DNA of 64,000 bases from Geopsychrobacteraceae bacterium (GCA_963676795.2 CAXXTB010000002.1:1792001-1856000); one strand, 5' to 3'. Positions 1 to 9,703 are shown, numbered from the stretch's first letter. Made by a program: numbers and translations. Notes: a model not told the origin generated them from the sequence alone.

Positions 1-2749
1 GTGCCCAGAGATCGGGATGACGGCGTTTCTGGGTCACCAGGGTCAGATCACTCGGTTTGAAAACGTTCATATTCTGGGTGTTGGGTGTGGTCAGCACGTA
101 CTGGGCGCCACTTTCCAGCAGGAAGTTGCTGACCCGGTCGATGTTGAGGATATCCAGATGAGCGAAAGGCTCGTCGACAAAGACGAAACCGCCCCCCTCT
201 TCCTTCTCCATCAGCAGGCCGATCAGCAGGATCAGCGACTTCATGACCTGCTGTCCGCCACTGGCCTCGTCGGAACTTTTCTGGTCAAAGCGGAAAGCGA
301 CCTCCAGCCCGGCCCGGGTCAGGCTGATATCGTCGTTCTCCAGATGCGGCGGCGTGACGCTGATCTCGACATCGGCCAACTTGCCGAGCTTACGGATGTT
401 GGCCGAGTAGAGCCGGACCGTCCCTTTCAAGACGTTGATATACTGCTCGCGGGCATTGTTGGTCGCTTCCAGGTGCATCGCATAATGAACCCGGCGCGCC
501 TTAATAACCTCTTCACGGGTGCTGTGATCCTGTTCCATCTTGGCATGGATCGCTTCAACCGTTTCATCGGTCTCCCAGCTCCCTTCATCAAGCGACTTGC
601 CGATCAGTTCGATCTCCTTGCGCACGTTGACCGCCTTACCGTATCTGGCAACAATCTCTTCCAGCGCCTGCTTCTCGCGCCAGGCCGACGGCATCTTGCG
701 CCCGTTCTGCCGATAGTTTTTCAACCGCTGCAGCTGTTGCTGCTGAAGAGCGGTGATCTCTGTCAGACTGCTGTCCAGGTAACGCTGCTCGACCTCGGCC
801 TCTTTCTCCTTAGCGGCGATATCGGCGCGGAACTGACCGACGATCCGGGTCAGTTCGGCCGTACGCCCCTGCAAGTCGGCCAGACTCTGAGCCAACTGCC
901 CAACCTGCTCCTGCACATCGGGCCATTGCCGTTCGGCGTTGGCAAAGCTGTTCGCCTCGGCAAGCAACTGCTTGTCGGCATCAACCCCCTGAAGCAGACT
1001 GTCGATATGCTGACAGCGTTGCTCTGCCTGCTGAAGCTCAGAGGACTGGTGTTTCTGCCGATCACGCAACTCCTGAATCGCCGTCTCCAGTGCCTTAAGC
1101 TGCTCCTGGCGGGCGATCTCACCAAACTGAAACTCCTGCTGCTCAACACCGATATAGCGGCCGCCGCGCTGTTCGCGGTGATAGCCTTCCGAAGTGATCC
1201 AGTCCTGCCCGGCGGGCAGGCGATTGCCTTGCGTCACATCGACAACCCGCTCGATCCTGTCGAGCAGACGCGGCAGCCAGCTGGGGGGAGCCTGCTTGAA
1301 AGCGACAATCTCGAGCAGCGAATCACTGCGCCCCTTCCCTGCAGGCAGACGATCAGGCACGACAAAATGGCGGTATCTGTGCTTCTGCCCCAGGCTCCAC
1401 GCCTGCTGTTTGTCGGCTGCGTTCTCCAGCAGTACGACAAAGGCAAACGGCTTGAGAACCCCTTCGACCGCGGCTTGCCAGGCCGGATCAAGGACCTCGA
1501 CAATCTCGGTCAGCAGACAATGAGCAATCTGACTGTCTTCAAGAGCCTGACGGAACTTTTCGACAAAATAGGGCGCTGTCGTCTTGCCGGTGCGGCGCTC
1601 CTGCAGCGCCTTCTGCAGCTTGGCCAGCTCTGTTTTGACCGTTGCCGCGTCATGTTCAAGTGTCGCCATGCGCCGCAGCAGCTGCGCCTTCTCCTCAGCC
1701 AGCTGCAGACTGTCGATCCCCTGTGCCCGTTCCTCGGTCAGGGCCAACAGCTCAGCCTTTCTTTTCAGAACGGTTTCCAGCTCCCAGGCCCTGCGCGTAA
1801 GACTTTCAAATTCAGGTGTCAGAACACTTAACTTCTGCTGACAGTCTGCCTGCTCGGCACTGAAGCGCTGAAGCTGTGCCGCCAGCGCATTGCGGTCTGC
1901 CGTTATACTGCCGATCTCCTGTTGCTTGCGCTGAAGAGAGGAGTTCAGTTTGACGATTTTTTCCCGGCCAATACAGATCTGTTCCCTGAGTTCGGCCAGT
2001 TCGGCGCACGGCAGGATTTCAAATTCGAAATAGTTCAGCTCCTGCTTACGATTCTGCCATTCACGCAGACTGTTGACCCGTCCGCGCATATCGTTGAGGC
2101 GCACCCCGAGTGAGGCCAGATCGGTTTCCAGGCTGTCGAGCTCCTGTTTGGTTTCGGCCAGCTCATTCTTCGCCAGACGGTAATTCTCCAGGACCTCGCC
2201 ATCACCGAAGGAATCGAAAACCAGATCGAGCAGCTGCTTCGGGGAATAATCACAGAGTTTGTCGGTTGCCCCCTGCTCCAGGGCCAGCACCCGGCGGATC
2301 GCAGCGGTCACCCCGGCATTGGCCAGACGCAGCTGATAATCGCGCACACCGAGAAACCGGGCACCCTCTTGACTCAGCTCCTCGATCGAAACATCCCCTT
2401 CAGCAACAACATACTGACGGTTCCAGTCACCGCCGTTTTTCTGTATCCGGCAGGCCAGGGTAATGTTTTCCGCCATGGCCGGAAAAAACGGCAGCCGTCC
2501 GCTGTCGGAGCGTTCGTTGCTGACCACAGCGCGCAGCCAGGAGAAGGGCTTGTCGTTACGCCGCACGTAGCGTTTGAAATTTCGCCCCGAAGAACAGTCG
2601 ACGGCCAGCAAGGTCCGCAGCGCGTCGAGCAGGGTCGTCTTGCCGCTGCCGTTGGGGCCGACGATAGTGACAACATCGGCATCGAACGGCAGGGTGAAGC
2701 GTTCCCAGAAATCCCAGTGCACCACTTCCAGTGAACGGAACTTAAACAT
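1..2749 (-). CDS. SMC-like ATPase (MksB/JetC family), 3' end truncated by window edge (>916 aa)
   Basis: Absent from ORF track (no stop in window). Manual translation from ATG 2749: MFKFRSLEVVHWDFWERF...GPNGSGKTT (Walker A). Same frame near 150-270 gives SGGQQ signature and FVFVDEPFAHLD (Walker B/D-loop). The region between was not fully translated by hand. Confidence 0.88.
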   Translation of the reverse strand, partial: MFKFRSLEVVHWDFWERFTLPFDADVVTIVGPNGSGKTTLLDALRTLLAVDCSSGRNFKRYVRRNDKPFSWLRAVVSNERSDSGRLPFFPAMAENITLACRIQKNGGDWNRQYVVAEGDVSIEELSQEGARFLGVRDYQLRLANAGVTAAIRRVLALEQGATDKLCDYSPKQLLDLVFDSFGDGEVLENYRLAKNELAETKQELDSLETDLASLGVRLNDMRGRVNSLREWQNRKQELNYFEFEILPCAELAELREQICIGREKIVKLNSSLQRKQQEIGSITADRNALAAQLQRFSAEQADCQQKLSVLTPEFESLTRRAWELETVLKRKAELLALTEERAQGIDSLQLAEEKAQLLRRMATLEHDAATVKTELAKLQKALQERRTGKTTAPYFVEKFRQALEDSQIAHCLLTEIVEVLDPAWQAAVEGVLKPFAFVVLLENAADKQQAWSLGQKHRYRHFVVPDRLPAGKGRSDSLLEIVAFKQAPPSWLPRLLDRIERVVDVTQGNRLPAGQDWITSEGYHREQRGGRYIGVEQQEFQFGEIARQEQLKALETAIQELRDRQKHQSSELQQAEQRCQHIDSLLQGVDADKQLLAEANSFANAERQWPDVQEQVGQLAQSLADLQGRTAELTRIVGQFRADIAAKEKEAEVEQRYLDSSLTEITALQQQQLQRLKNYRQNGRKMPSAWREKQALEEIVARYGKAVNVRKEIELIGKSLDEGSWETDETVEAIHAKMEQDHSTREEVIKARRVHYAMHLEATNNAREQYINVLKGTVRLYSANIRKLGKLADVEISVTPPHLENDDISLTRAGLEVAFRFDQKSSDEASGGQQVMKSLILLIGLLMEKEEGGGFVFVDEPFAHLDILNIDRVSNFLLESGAQYVLTTPNTQNMNVFKPSDLTLVTQKRRHPDLWA

Positions 2750-3422
2750 CGAGATCCTCCTCGTCCGGATTGGCCTCTTCGGTGTTCAGGCTGGCGGCCA
2801 GATCCCTGCCGAGCAGATCCTGAAGAGCCCCGCCAAGGACCCGTTCAGCCAGCTGGTTGTAGTCGAGCACCAGGTCGAGTAGCGGCCCTTCATAGATCAT
2901 CTCGCGCTGGCGGACGATAAAACCGTTGCGGGCGAGCAGACTCAGGTTGCCGTCGATCCGGGTTTTACGGCCGAGCAGTTCGCCGAAATCGGCGATCAGG
3001 GCGTTGCGGCTGACCGGCGCGGAAACGCTGCTTCCCGTCTCCAGCGGCTTTTCATCGGCAAACAGCTCGTCCTGATTCTCGTCCACCGTCTTGCGCTCGA
3101 TCTGGCGCTGTCGCTTTGGCAGAATAATCAGAGCCCAGAGTACCATCAGCAGGGCAATGCCATCGCGCCCCAATCCCAGGGTATTAGACAGCCAGGCATC
3201 GCCGCTGCCCATCACCGGCTGCTCCATGTCACGGTCAAGCACCAGGCAGACATGGTCACAATAGGGATTTTCAAGAAATTTCAAACCACTCATTTTGAGC
3301 CGTTGCTCCAGTTCCTGACGGAACGCTTCGTCCGTCAGGGCGCGGACAACCAACGCATCGTCGCGGCGCAGGGCCTGATTTGCCATCAGCCTGGCCGTCA
3401 GGGTACGCAGTTCAGTCTCCAC
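2742..3422 (-). CDS. MksE/JetB-like KITE subunit
   Basis: ~226 aa, GTG start after AGGAGG; winged-helix-like C-terminus (LSLLARNGFIVRQREMIYEGPLL); overlaps the SMC start; position in three-gene operon. Confidence 0.65.
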   Translation of the reverse strand: METELRTLTARLMANQALRRDDALVVRALTDEAFRQELEQRLKMSGLKFLENPYCDHVCLVLDRDMEQPVMGSGDAWLSNTLGLGRDGIALLMVLWALIILPKRQRQIERKTVDENQDELFADEKPLETGSSVSAPVSRNALIADFGELLGRKTRIDGNLSLLARNGFIVRQREMIYEGPLLDLVLDYNQLAERVLGGALQDLLGRDLAASLNTEEANPDEEDLDV

Positions 3423-4707
3423 CTTTTTCCTCCTTAACGGCTCTTGTCCGTAACAGACGGCCGTCACTCATATCTTTAATTCCATGCTGATCTAGGGTCA
3501 CAGGCTGTGCAGAGATCTGCAGACGCAAGCCATTCCGGATAAATTCACCGATAGGCCCGGCCAGCCTGGCGGGATTTTCATCCCCAAGCAGAGAGACCAT
3601 CGACAGCCGATAACAGGCCTGCTCGAAGGTCTCAAGCGGAATCACATCCGTCAGGAATGCCTCTGCAGCAATCAGATCCAGCCTCTGCTGCAGGTCTTCA
3701 AGATGACGGTAGTCATCGGGCTGATCGGAAATGTCCTGCACCAGGGGGGCACTGTGCTGAGGCGGCAGAGTCGATTCCTCTTCAGCGCTGCGCACCCGCT
3801 CAACCAGCTCGTATTCAGCCACATCGAGACAGATATCTCCGAGCACAAAGCCCTTCTTCTGAGCGATCCGCGCACTACCGGAGAGCATATGTGCCAGTTG
3901 ATCTGTCGACTTCCCCCTCAGCCAGCGGTTGATATCAGCCGACGAAAGCCCACTTGCGCCAAGATGAACCTTCTGCCGTTCCATCTGGTTGAGGGTGCGC
4001 TGAAAAACCGACGACATGCGCAGCATGCGGCTCTGCACCTGACCGATCTTCTGCGCCACCCGGTGGGTCGCCAGGTCGACATGCTGCTGGTCGGCAGTGA
4101 TCAGACGGATGATCTCCGTCCCCTTTTCCACCCAGGCGAGCACTGAGTTGAGCTTCGCTTCAGCCTTCTCGATCCGGCTGACCGAGGCCGAGACAACCGC
4201 CTTATTGAATTCATCCTGCAGTTCATTGAGACGTGAAAGCAGATGCTGCAGATCCTCTTCGGCGACCATCCCGACCGCCTGCCCGGCAGCCAGCTGCGAG
4301 TTGATATAACCGATCTCACCGCCCTCATCGGCACCGAATTTAAGCAGGGTCGACAGTGCGGACAGCGCCATCCGCCCTTCCGAACTGATCTGATAATGAG
4401 ACGATTCGCTGTCCCAGACCAGCAGGTTCTTAGCGCGCAAACGGTGCAGAACGGTATTAAGTTTGGTTTCGTCCAGGTAAGCGAAATGGCTTCTTAACTG
4501 CTGCATGCTCCAGTGCGGAGCCTCACCGCGATTGCCGATTTCACGCAGCACCAGCAGACGCACCAGTACCTCCTCCTCGCCACCGTGGAACAGCGCGGTA
4601 AAAGCCGCCAGCGACTCTTGAGCCTGTAACAGCGGAAACAGTGCAGGCAGGTCCTCTGGCAACACACCGGGACGAAAGAAGTTTTCTGTAAGTAGATCGA
4701 GATCCAT
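3412..4707 (-). CDS. MksF/JetA-like kleisin subunit
   Basis: ~431 aa; N-terminal wHTH (LNTVLHRLRAKNLLVWDSESSHYQISSEG) then helical region; first gene of the operon; start taken at MDLDLL. Confidence 0.65.
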   Translation of the reverse strand: MDLDLLTENFFRPGVLPEDLPALFPLLQAQESLAAFTALFHGGEEEVLVRLLVLREIGNRGEAPHWSMQQLRSHFAYLDETKLNTVLHRLRAKNLLVWDSESSHYQISSEGRMALSALSTLLKFGADEGGEIGYINSQLAAGQAVGMVAEEDLQHLLSRLNELQDEFNKAVVSASVSRIEKAEAKLNSVLAWVEKGTEIIRLITADQQHVDLATHRVAQKIGQVQSRMLRMSSVFQRTLNQMERQKVHLGASGLSSADINRWLRGKSTDQLAHMLSGSARIAQKKGFVLGDICLDVAEYELVERVRSAEEESTLPPQHSAPLVQDISDQPDDYRHLEDLQQRLDLIAAEAFLTDVIPLETFEQACYRLSMVSLLGDENPARLAGPIGEFIRNGLRLQISAQPVTLDQHGIKDMSDGRLLRTRAVKEEKGGD

Positions 4708-4916
4708 GTATGTCCGTTTAAGTAGAAAAAACTCAGCCGAGATTACCATTAGAGACATGACCGCAAAACGAAGGGCTCATTATACACATCTCATCAGCTT
4801 CAGCCAGATTGAAATCATCATCCATAACTGCATTTCCGGGCTTTATCTGATGGGCAGGGAGTTTCTTCCGGCTGGTGGTTGCAGATCAATCCATAACAAG
4901 GTGCCGGGATATATCA

Positions 4917-5609
4917 TCAATGACGTTCTTCCTTCCACGGATCAGCAGAGTTGCTGAAGCCACGAGTCTCCCAAAAACCCGGCTCATCGTGGACACTGAC
5001 CCTGACGGCTTCAAGCCATTTGGCGCTTTTATAGAAATAACGATCCGGGATCAGCCCACGCACAGGAGCCCCATGTGCATGCGCCAGTCTTTCGCCGAAG
5101 AAGCTGTGCGCCAGGATCACGTTCTCCTTGCGGGCCTCCGTGATGGGAATATTGCTTGAGTAGCCTTCGGCCGCTTCAAGAATAACGAAACCGTCTGCGT
5201 GTCGAGGCCTGGCCATATCTATGATTGTCGCAAGGCGGACGCCACGCCACCGGGAATCGAGCAGGGTCCAGCCGGTCACACAGTGGACATCGCAGACAAT
5301 ATCCACCTGTCCCAGGCTGAGCAACTGAGGATAGGAAAGAACAAGGGACCTCTCCACATCGCCATAAATCCGCAAACTCCAGTCGGAGGTCGTCGCAGTT
5401 CCCGGGACACCGCCCATGTCGGGAAGTCTTTCAACGGCAACCTGCCCCGGGGGAAGACGGGGACGACCGTCAGGCCTGACATCACTTGCCAGAGCCACCT
5501 GCCTGGCCTCTGAGAGCTTGATGAAAGAACCGGGCAGCCCGATACTGATAATTGCACCGCCTGCCGCGGTCAAAAGAGTACGTCTGGATAATTTGAGGTC
5601 TTTTTGCAT
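4917..5609 (-). CDS. Molybdopterin-dependent oxidoreductase (sulfite oxidase/MsrP-like) with Tat signal
   Basis: SRRTLL twin-arginine motif; RLPPGQ, DVHCVTGW (Mo-ligating Cys), HGAPVR, YKSAKWL, GFWE motifs. Confidence 0.85.
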   Translation of the reverse strand: MQKDLKLSRRTLLTAAGGAIISIGLPGSFIKLSEARQVALASDVRPDGRPRLPPGQVAVERLPDMGGVPGTATTSDWSLRIYGDVERSLVLSYPQLLSLGQVDIVCDVHCVTGWTLLDSRWRGVRLATIIDMARPRHADGFVILEAAEGYSSNIPITEARKENVILAHSFFGERLAHAHGAPVRGLIPDRYFYKSAKWLEAVRVSVHDEPGFWETRGFSNSADPWKEERH

Positions 5610-5836
5610 AACCACTCCACGTTACAGGTTCGTCTCACACCTCCACCCTGACCTGCCTTTCCTTTTATTCTTCAGGTTGTTGCAGGAAGATTGCAACATC
5701 TGTGGGCAAATTTCATCATCAGCTCCAGGCAAAATAGTCACGGAAATCAACCTAAAAAACAGGACCTTGGCTAATCTTACAAATCTTTTCTGTAAATTCA
5801 GGCAGATGGACAACTATAAGAAAATGCCTTGCAAAC

Positions 5837-5852
5837 TGGCACACGCCTTGCT
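5837..5852 (+). promoter_or_regulatory. sigma54 (-24/-12) promoter
   Basis: TGGCAC-ACGCC-TTGCT matches TGGCAC-N5-TTGC(A/T) exactly, 46 bp before an ATG with GGAGG RBS. Confidence 0.8.
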
Positions 5853-5898
5853 CTATAAATTGTCTTGATCATCAGGACATTCCCGGAAGGAGGACAAC

Positions 5899-6108
5899 AT
5901 GGCGAGTCAAAACAGCGAAGCTCACAGCTGGCAGAATCAGGCGTCTCCAACCAACAGAACAAAAGTCACCGGTTCTTCACGCTTTGTAGCGAAATCGTTT
6001 TATCAGGAAATGAAAAGAAACGGTTTCAGTAGCAATGAAATCCTGGATGTCTCCTGCGAGATTCTGGGATTGGTGACCAGTGAACTGATAGAGACACGAC
6101 AATCCTGA
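5899..6108 (+). CDS. Small hypothetical protein (69 aa)
   Basis: Strong RBS AAGGAGG; sigma54 promoter upstream; amphipathic helical C-terminal half. Confidence 0.75.
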   Translation: MASQNSEAHSWQNQASPTNRTKVTGSSRFVAKSFYQEMKRNGFSSNEILDVSCEILGLVTSELIETRQS

Positions 6109-6148
6109 CACAGACAAAAAATCTGCTTCTGAAAACACTCTACCCTAT

Positions 6149-6240
6149 TAGATTCGTGACCACCTGGCGTGCCAGGTGCTCGCAGTAATCAATGATTTTC
6201 AATGACCGGGGTTCCAGCCTTTGAGAAAACGGTGAAATTG
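6149..6240 (-). pseudogene. Degenerate copy of the 3' end of the phosphotransferase gene at 7285-8266
   Basis: Aligns by eye to 7297-7390, including identical TCCAGCCTTTGAGAAAACGGTGAAA; carries a 1-nt deletion. Confidence 0.8.
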
Positions 6241-6357
6241 ATCTGATTGAAACCATGCCGCGTTGCAAGGCTTGCCCCCCATAGATTCAACGCTGCCCGA
6301 TTTTATGGATTCGGAGAAGAACCAAGTCCTCCAAACCTCGCACGGATGCTAATTTAA

Positions 6358-6385
6358 GAAGGGCTCGCTGATCAGCGAGCCCTTC
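6358..6385. terminator. Perfect 28-bp palindrome, terminator-like hairpin
   Basis: GAAGGGCTCGCTGA|TCAGCGAGCCCTTC. Confidence 0.55.
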
Positions 6386-6458
6386 CTGATGCCAAGCTCT
6401 GAACTTTTCAACCTATTGAAAATAAATAACTCTACCTTTTATAAAGATTAAAAGAAAA

Positions 6459-6487
6459 TTGACACCGACCGTAAAGACCACTATAAA
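6459..6487 (+). promoter_or_regulatory. sigma70 promoter of the OmpW-like gene
   Basis: TTGACA-17nt-TATAAA preceded by an AT-rich tract. Confidence 0.65.
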
Positions 6488-6528
6488 ATCTTCATCAATT
6501 TAATTTCTATAACTACAATGGAGGCCAC

Positions 6529-7188
6529 ATGAAACTCAAAAATCTGAAAAGCACACTTCTTATCCTAATCATTCTCTCCTTCACAACTCAATCTGCATTC
6601 GCTTCAGATAATAAAATTTCGATTGGAATGCATATCACCCACACACAATTTCAGGATGATTCCGTCAATCTTTTTAACACAGATTTTGATACAGAATTTG
6701 ATAGTACTACTGGCTTAATGGTCGACTTTATCTACAGCTTCACTAAAGCATTTTCTCTTGGACTAGGAATTGGATATCTCAAAACTGACATGGAAGTCAG
6801 TGAAGGGATTTTCACTGGCGGATACGCTGAACTACAACAAATTCCTTTGCAACTAACCGCCCTGTATCGTTTTGATCTTAATAAAGTTGCACCTTATATC
6901 GGCGCAGGTATCGGTTACTACCTCAATTCAATGGACCGGAATGATAGCGACGAGGCTTTCTTTGATGGGGCACCGGATGGCGTTAAAGCTGTTGCCGATG
7001 ATGCTTTCGGCTACCATGTTGCTCTTGGATTAGATTACTTAATCACTGAAAAGATCGCCATGAATTTGGATCTTAAATACGTTTGGTCTAAAACGGATAT
7101 AGGCTTCAAAGGGGCTGGCTACGATGATATTCATTCAACCAAGCTGAATGCTTTTTCCCCATCTATCGGCATCAAATACCTCTTTTAA
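6529..7188 (+). CDS. OmpW-family outer-membrane beta-barrel protein
   Basis: Signal peptide (AFA), PLQLTALYRF, PYIGAGIGY, LNAFSPSIGIKYLF with terminal Phe; visibly AT-rich. Confidence 0.85.
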   Translation: MKLKNLKSTLLILIILSFTTQSAFASDNKISIGMHITHTQFQDDSVNLFNTDFDTEFDSTTGLMVDFIYSFTKAFSLGLGIGYLKTDMEVSEGIFTGGYAELQQIPLQLTALYRFDLNKVAPYIGAGIGYYLNSMDRNDSDEAFFDGAPDGVKAVADDAFGYHVALGLDYLITEKIAMNLDLKYVWSKTDIGFKGAGYDDIHSTKLNAFSPSIGIKYLF

Positions 7189-7195
7189 AACTTCG

Positions 7196-7232
7196 CTCCC
7201 ATGAACCCTTTATTGTGTCGGGTTCATGGGAG
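7196..7232. terminator. Hairpin between convergent genes
   Basis: CTCCCATGAACCC ... GGGTTCATGGGAG 13-bp stem. Confidence 0.6.
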
Positions 7233-7284
7233 TGTCATGTCGATGGATGGGGCTAAATCTGTCCTTACCCGTACGTTCTTTTCT

Positions 7285-8266
7285 TCAATACCTTGTCAGA
7301 TCCTTGACCACCTGTCGTGTAAGGCGCTCGCTATAATCATTGATCTTCCAATGGCCGGGGCTCCAGCCTTTGAGAAAACGGTGAAAATCGGTCCAGGCCA
7401 GCGGAAAAAGCTGGCACCATTCCCCTTCGACCTCGGCTGCGTCGATATGCTGCTGACGTTTTTCCAGAGCAACCCGCAATTCACTAAAGTAGGTGTCAAG
7501 CAACCAGCCTTCCAGCTGTTCACAGTCGGTTTCAGAGAGACAACTGCCGATGAAATAGGCCACATCCTTCATGCCACAGCCCCCGCCCACATACTGAAAA
7601 TCGACCGCCGCCACCTACCGGCCATCGGCCGAAAAACAGAAGTTTGCCAGCTTGGCATCGCCATGAACAAGGGTCTGAAAACGTGCCTCTTTCAACGTCC
7701 GGTCGATCAGCGGTGCCGCAGCCTTCAAAGACAGATCTGTAAGCGCTTCAAGTTCATCGGGGTGGGTCTCCAGATGCCAGTAGGTTCCTAGTGCCCAGAG
7801 TCCGTCCGAGGCGGTCCCCATGAAGGTTGCATGAAAGTGCGCCAGCCATTTCAGACAGGCGACGATCTCCCCCCTAACCACTTCGTCCAGTCTAAGCGGA
7901 TAAGCCTGCCGTATCCAGATCCTCCAGCACTATCAGGGTTTCTTCGCCGCGCTGCGCCACCGCCAGACAGTGTGGAACAGGGCACAAATCAACACAGAGG
8001 TTGGCAAACGACCTGTACCAGGCGATTTTCACCTGGTACGAATGAATCTTGCGCTGATGTGAGCGATCGGTATTCCAGCCCCGCGGGTGACCTGTGTCGT
8101 CCTGCAGACGCACATGCTTCACAACCACCGAAGGCCGGACAGCCCCGGTCAGGCGATAGCGCATGATCGCTCCATAGCCGCTCCACAACTCCTGAATGAT
8201 TTCAATCAGTTCAATCTGCGTTGCGTCGGTTGCCTGTTTGATGATGTCAGGAAAATCTTTATGCAT
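7285..8266 (-). pseudogene. APH/choline-kinase-like phosphotransferase, disrupted
   Basis: Three ORF pieces rejoin. An extra T near 7903 (removal restores [10 protein letters not shown]) and an in-frame TAG at 7615-7617. Motifs HGDAKLANF and VDFQY. Confidence 0.88.
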
Positions 8267-8440
8267 ATATCAGTGTATCTTATGTGAAGGCTGAAAAAGA
8301 TCGTCGGCCCTACTTGGACAGATTCCCTTGGTTCAGACCTTGCTTCGTCAAGACAGCCCAGGAAGAGGTCATTAAATATAAACTATATCCGTTAGTCAAT
8401 GTTATAGAACCCCTCTATAATCATGTGATATTATTACGTT

Positions 8441-9535
8441 ATGAATTTTCCCTCAGAAAAGGAGCTGCCTGTGCCATCGCTTGATTTTGAACAGGAGCGT
8501 CGAATTTTTCTCCAATATTACGACGACAACCGACAGCTGTTCGAAGAAGCTAAAAACGCTTTCATCAGCACCATCGCTTTGTTGCTTAAACAATCAAAGG
8601 TTGGTGAAGTCACAAAAATCGAAGGGCGGATAAAAAACAAGAACGAATGTATCAAAAAGTTCCATCGCAAATATCAAAGCAAGCTTGAAGCGGAAGAGAA
8701 AGTCTACCGGATTCAGGACTATATTTCCGATCTGATCGGTATTCGTATCATCTGCCTTTATGAAGATCAGATTGCTCAGGTGGCAGAGGTGTTAAAGCAA
8801 CATTTTCGGATTATTGATGTCACCGACAAAATTTCTGCGGTTGAAAGTACCGAAGACTTTTTCGGCTACAAAGGTCTACATATGGATTTGGCCCTGAGCA
8901 ATGAGTTGGCCACGCAAAAAAAATACCACCAGTTCATTGAGTTGCCGTTCGAACTGCAGATTCGCACATTGATCCAGGATGCCTGGAGCGTTCTGGATCA
9001 CAAGATCAAATATAAGAAATCCATTCCCAACGATTTGCGTCGCCGAATCAACGTTCTGTCAGCTCTGTTTGAATTAGCAGATCGCGAATTCAAGGAAATC
9101 CGTAATGCCACGGAGGAACTTTTAGAGAAAGCGACAGTCGCACCGATCAACGATACAGACGAAGGAACTACAGAGGCCGCATCAAGCAGCGATAAGGAAA
9201 TCAACGCCTTCAATTTCCTGCGTGTCGCCGGACACTTTTTCCGTGACTTCAATTTTGAAGACTTCAAAGTTGATGGCTTCGTCCAAGATATCCTGAAATT
9301 GAACAAGACCTTTGAAAAGGGTGATCTCCACCAGTGCTTGGTCGAAAATCTGAAGACGGTTCGTGAATATCAAGCCGAATTTCTTGCAGCAAACCCTGAA
9401 CGCAGCTTCAGCCCTTATACGGCAATTCGTCATTGCCTGTATCTCCATAATCCAAGTTCTTTTCAGCGCATTATTTCGCGAAGTGCTCGGGAGCGCTTTG
9501 AAGCCTGGCTGAACGCTGAGGAGGAATTCGATTGA
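8441..9535 (+). CDS. Small alarmone synthetase (RelA/SpoT synthetase domain + C-terminal extension)
   Basis: GRIK, DLIGIRII, GYKGLH, ELQIRT, WSVLDHKIKYK motifs; no HD/TGS/ACT domains; start may be GTG 8471. Confidence 0.9.
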   Translation: MNFPSEKELPVPSLDFEQERRIFLQYYDDNRQLFEEAKNAFISTIALLLKQSKVGEVTKIEGRIKNKNECIKKFHRKYQSKLEAEEKVYRIQDYISDLIGIRIICLYEDQIAQVAEVLKQHFRIIDVTDKISAVESTEDFFGYKGLHMDLALSNELATQKKYHQFIELPFELQIRTLIQDAWSVLDHKIKYKKSIPNDLRRRINVLSALFELADREFKEIRNATEELLEKATVAPINDTDEGTTEAASSSDKEINAFNFLRVAGHFFRDFNFEDFKVDGFVQDILKLNKTFEKGDLHQCLVENLKTVREYQAEFLAANPERSFSPYTAIRHCLYLHNPSSFQRIISRSARERFEAWLNAEEEFD

Positions 9536-9703
9536 TTTCAAACCCCTTGAAGAAGAAAAGCGTCGGCAATACTCCGCCGCCATGTTCGTGATGTTGCGTA
9601 ATTTACAGTCAACAGATCCTTTGAATTGCTAGGGTTATTGCAAAAGTCCAAGTGGAAAAGGCCTGACGATCCAGGTAGAATTACAGGGTCATAATCTGTA
9701 CTG

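Noticed and set aside
17..1831. 604-aa plus-strand ORF
   Set aside because: Antisense shadow of the SMC ATPase; no motifs
5636..5650. CACCTCCACC as distal tmRNA att site
   Set aside because: Short and in the opposite orientation to the ssrA 3' end
7615..7617. In-frame TAG as pyrrolysine/readthrough
   Set aside because: The same gene also has a frameshift; no pyl genes in the window
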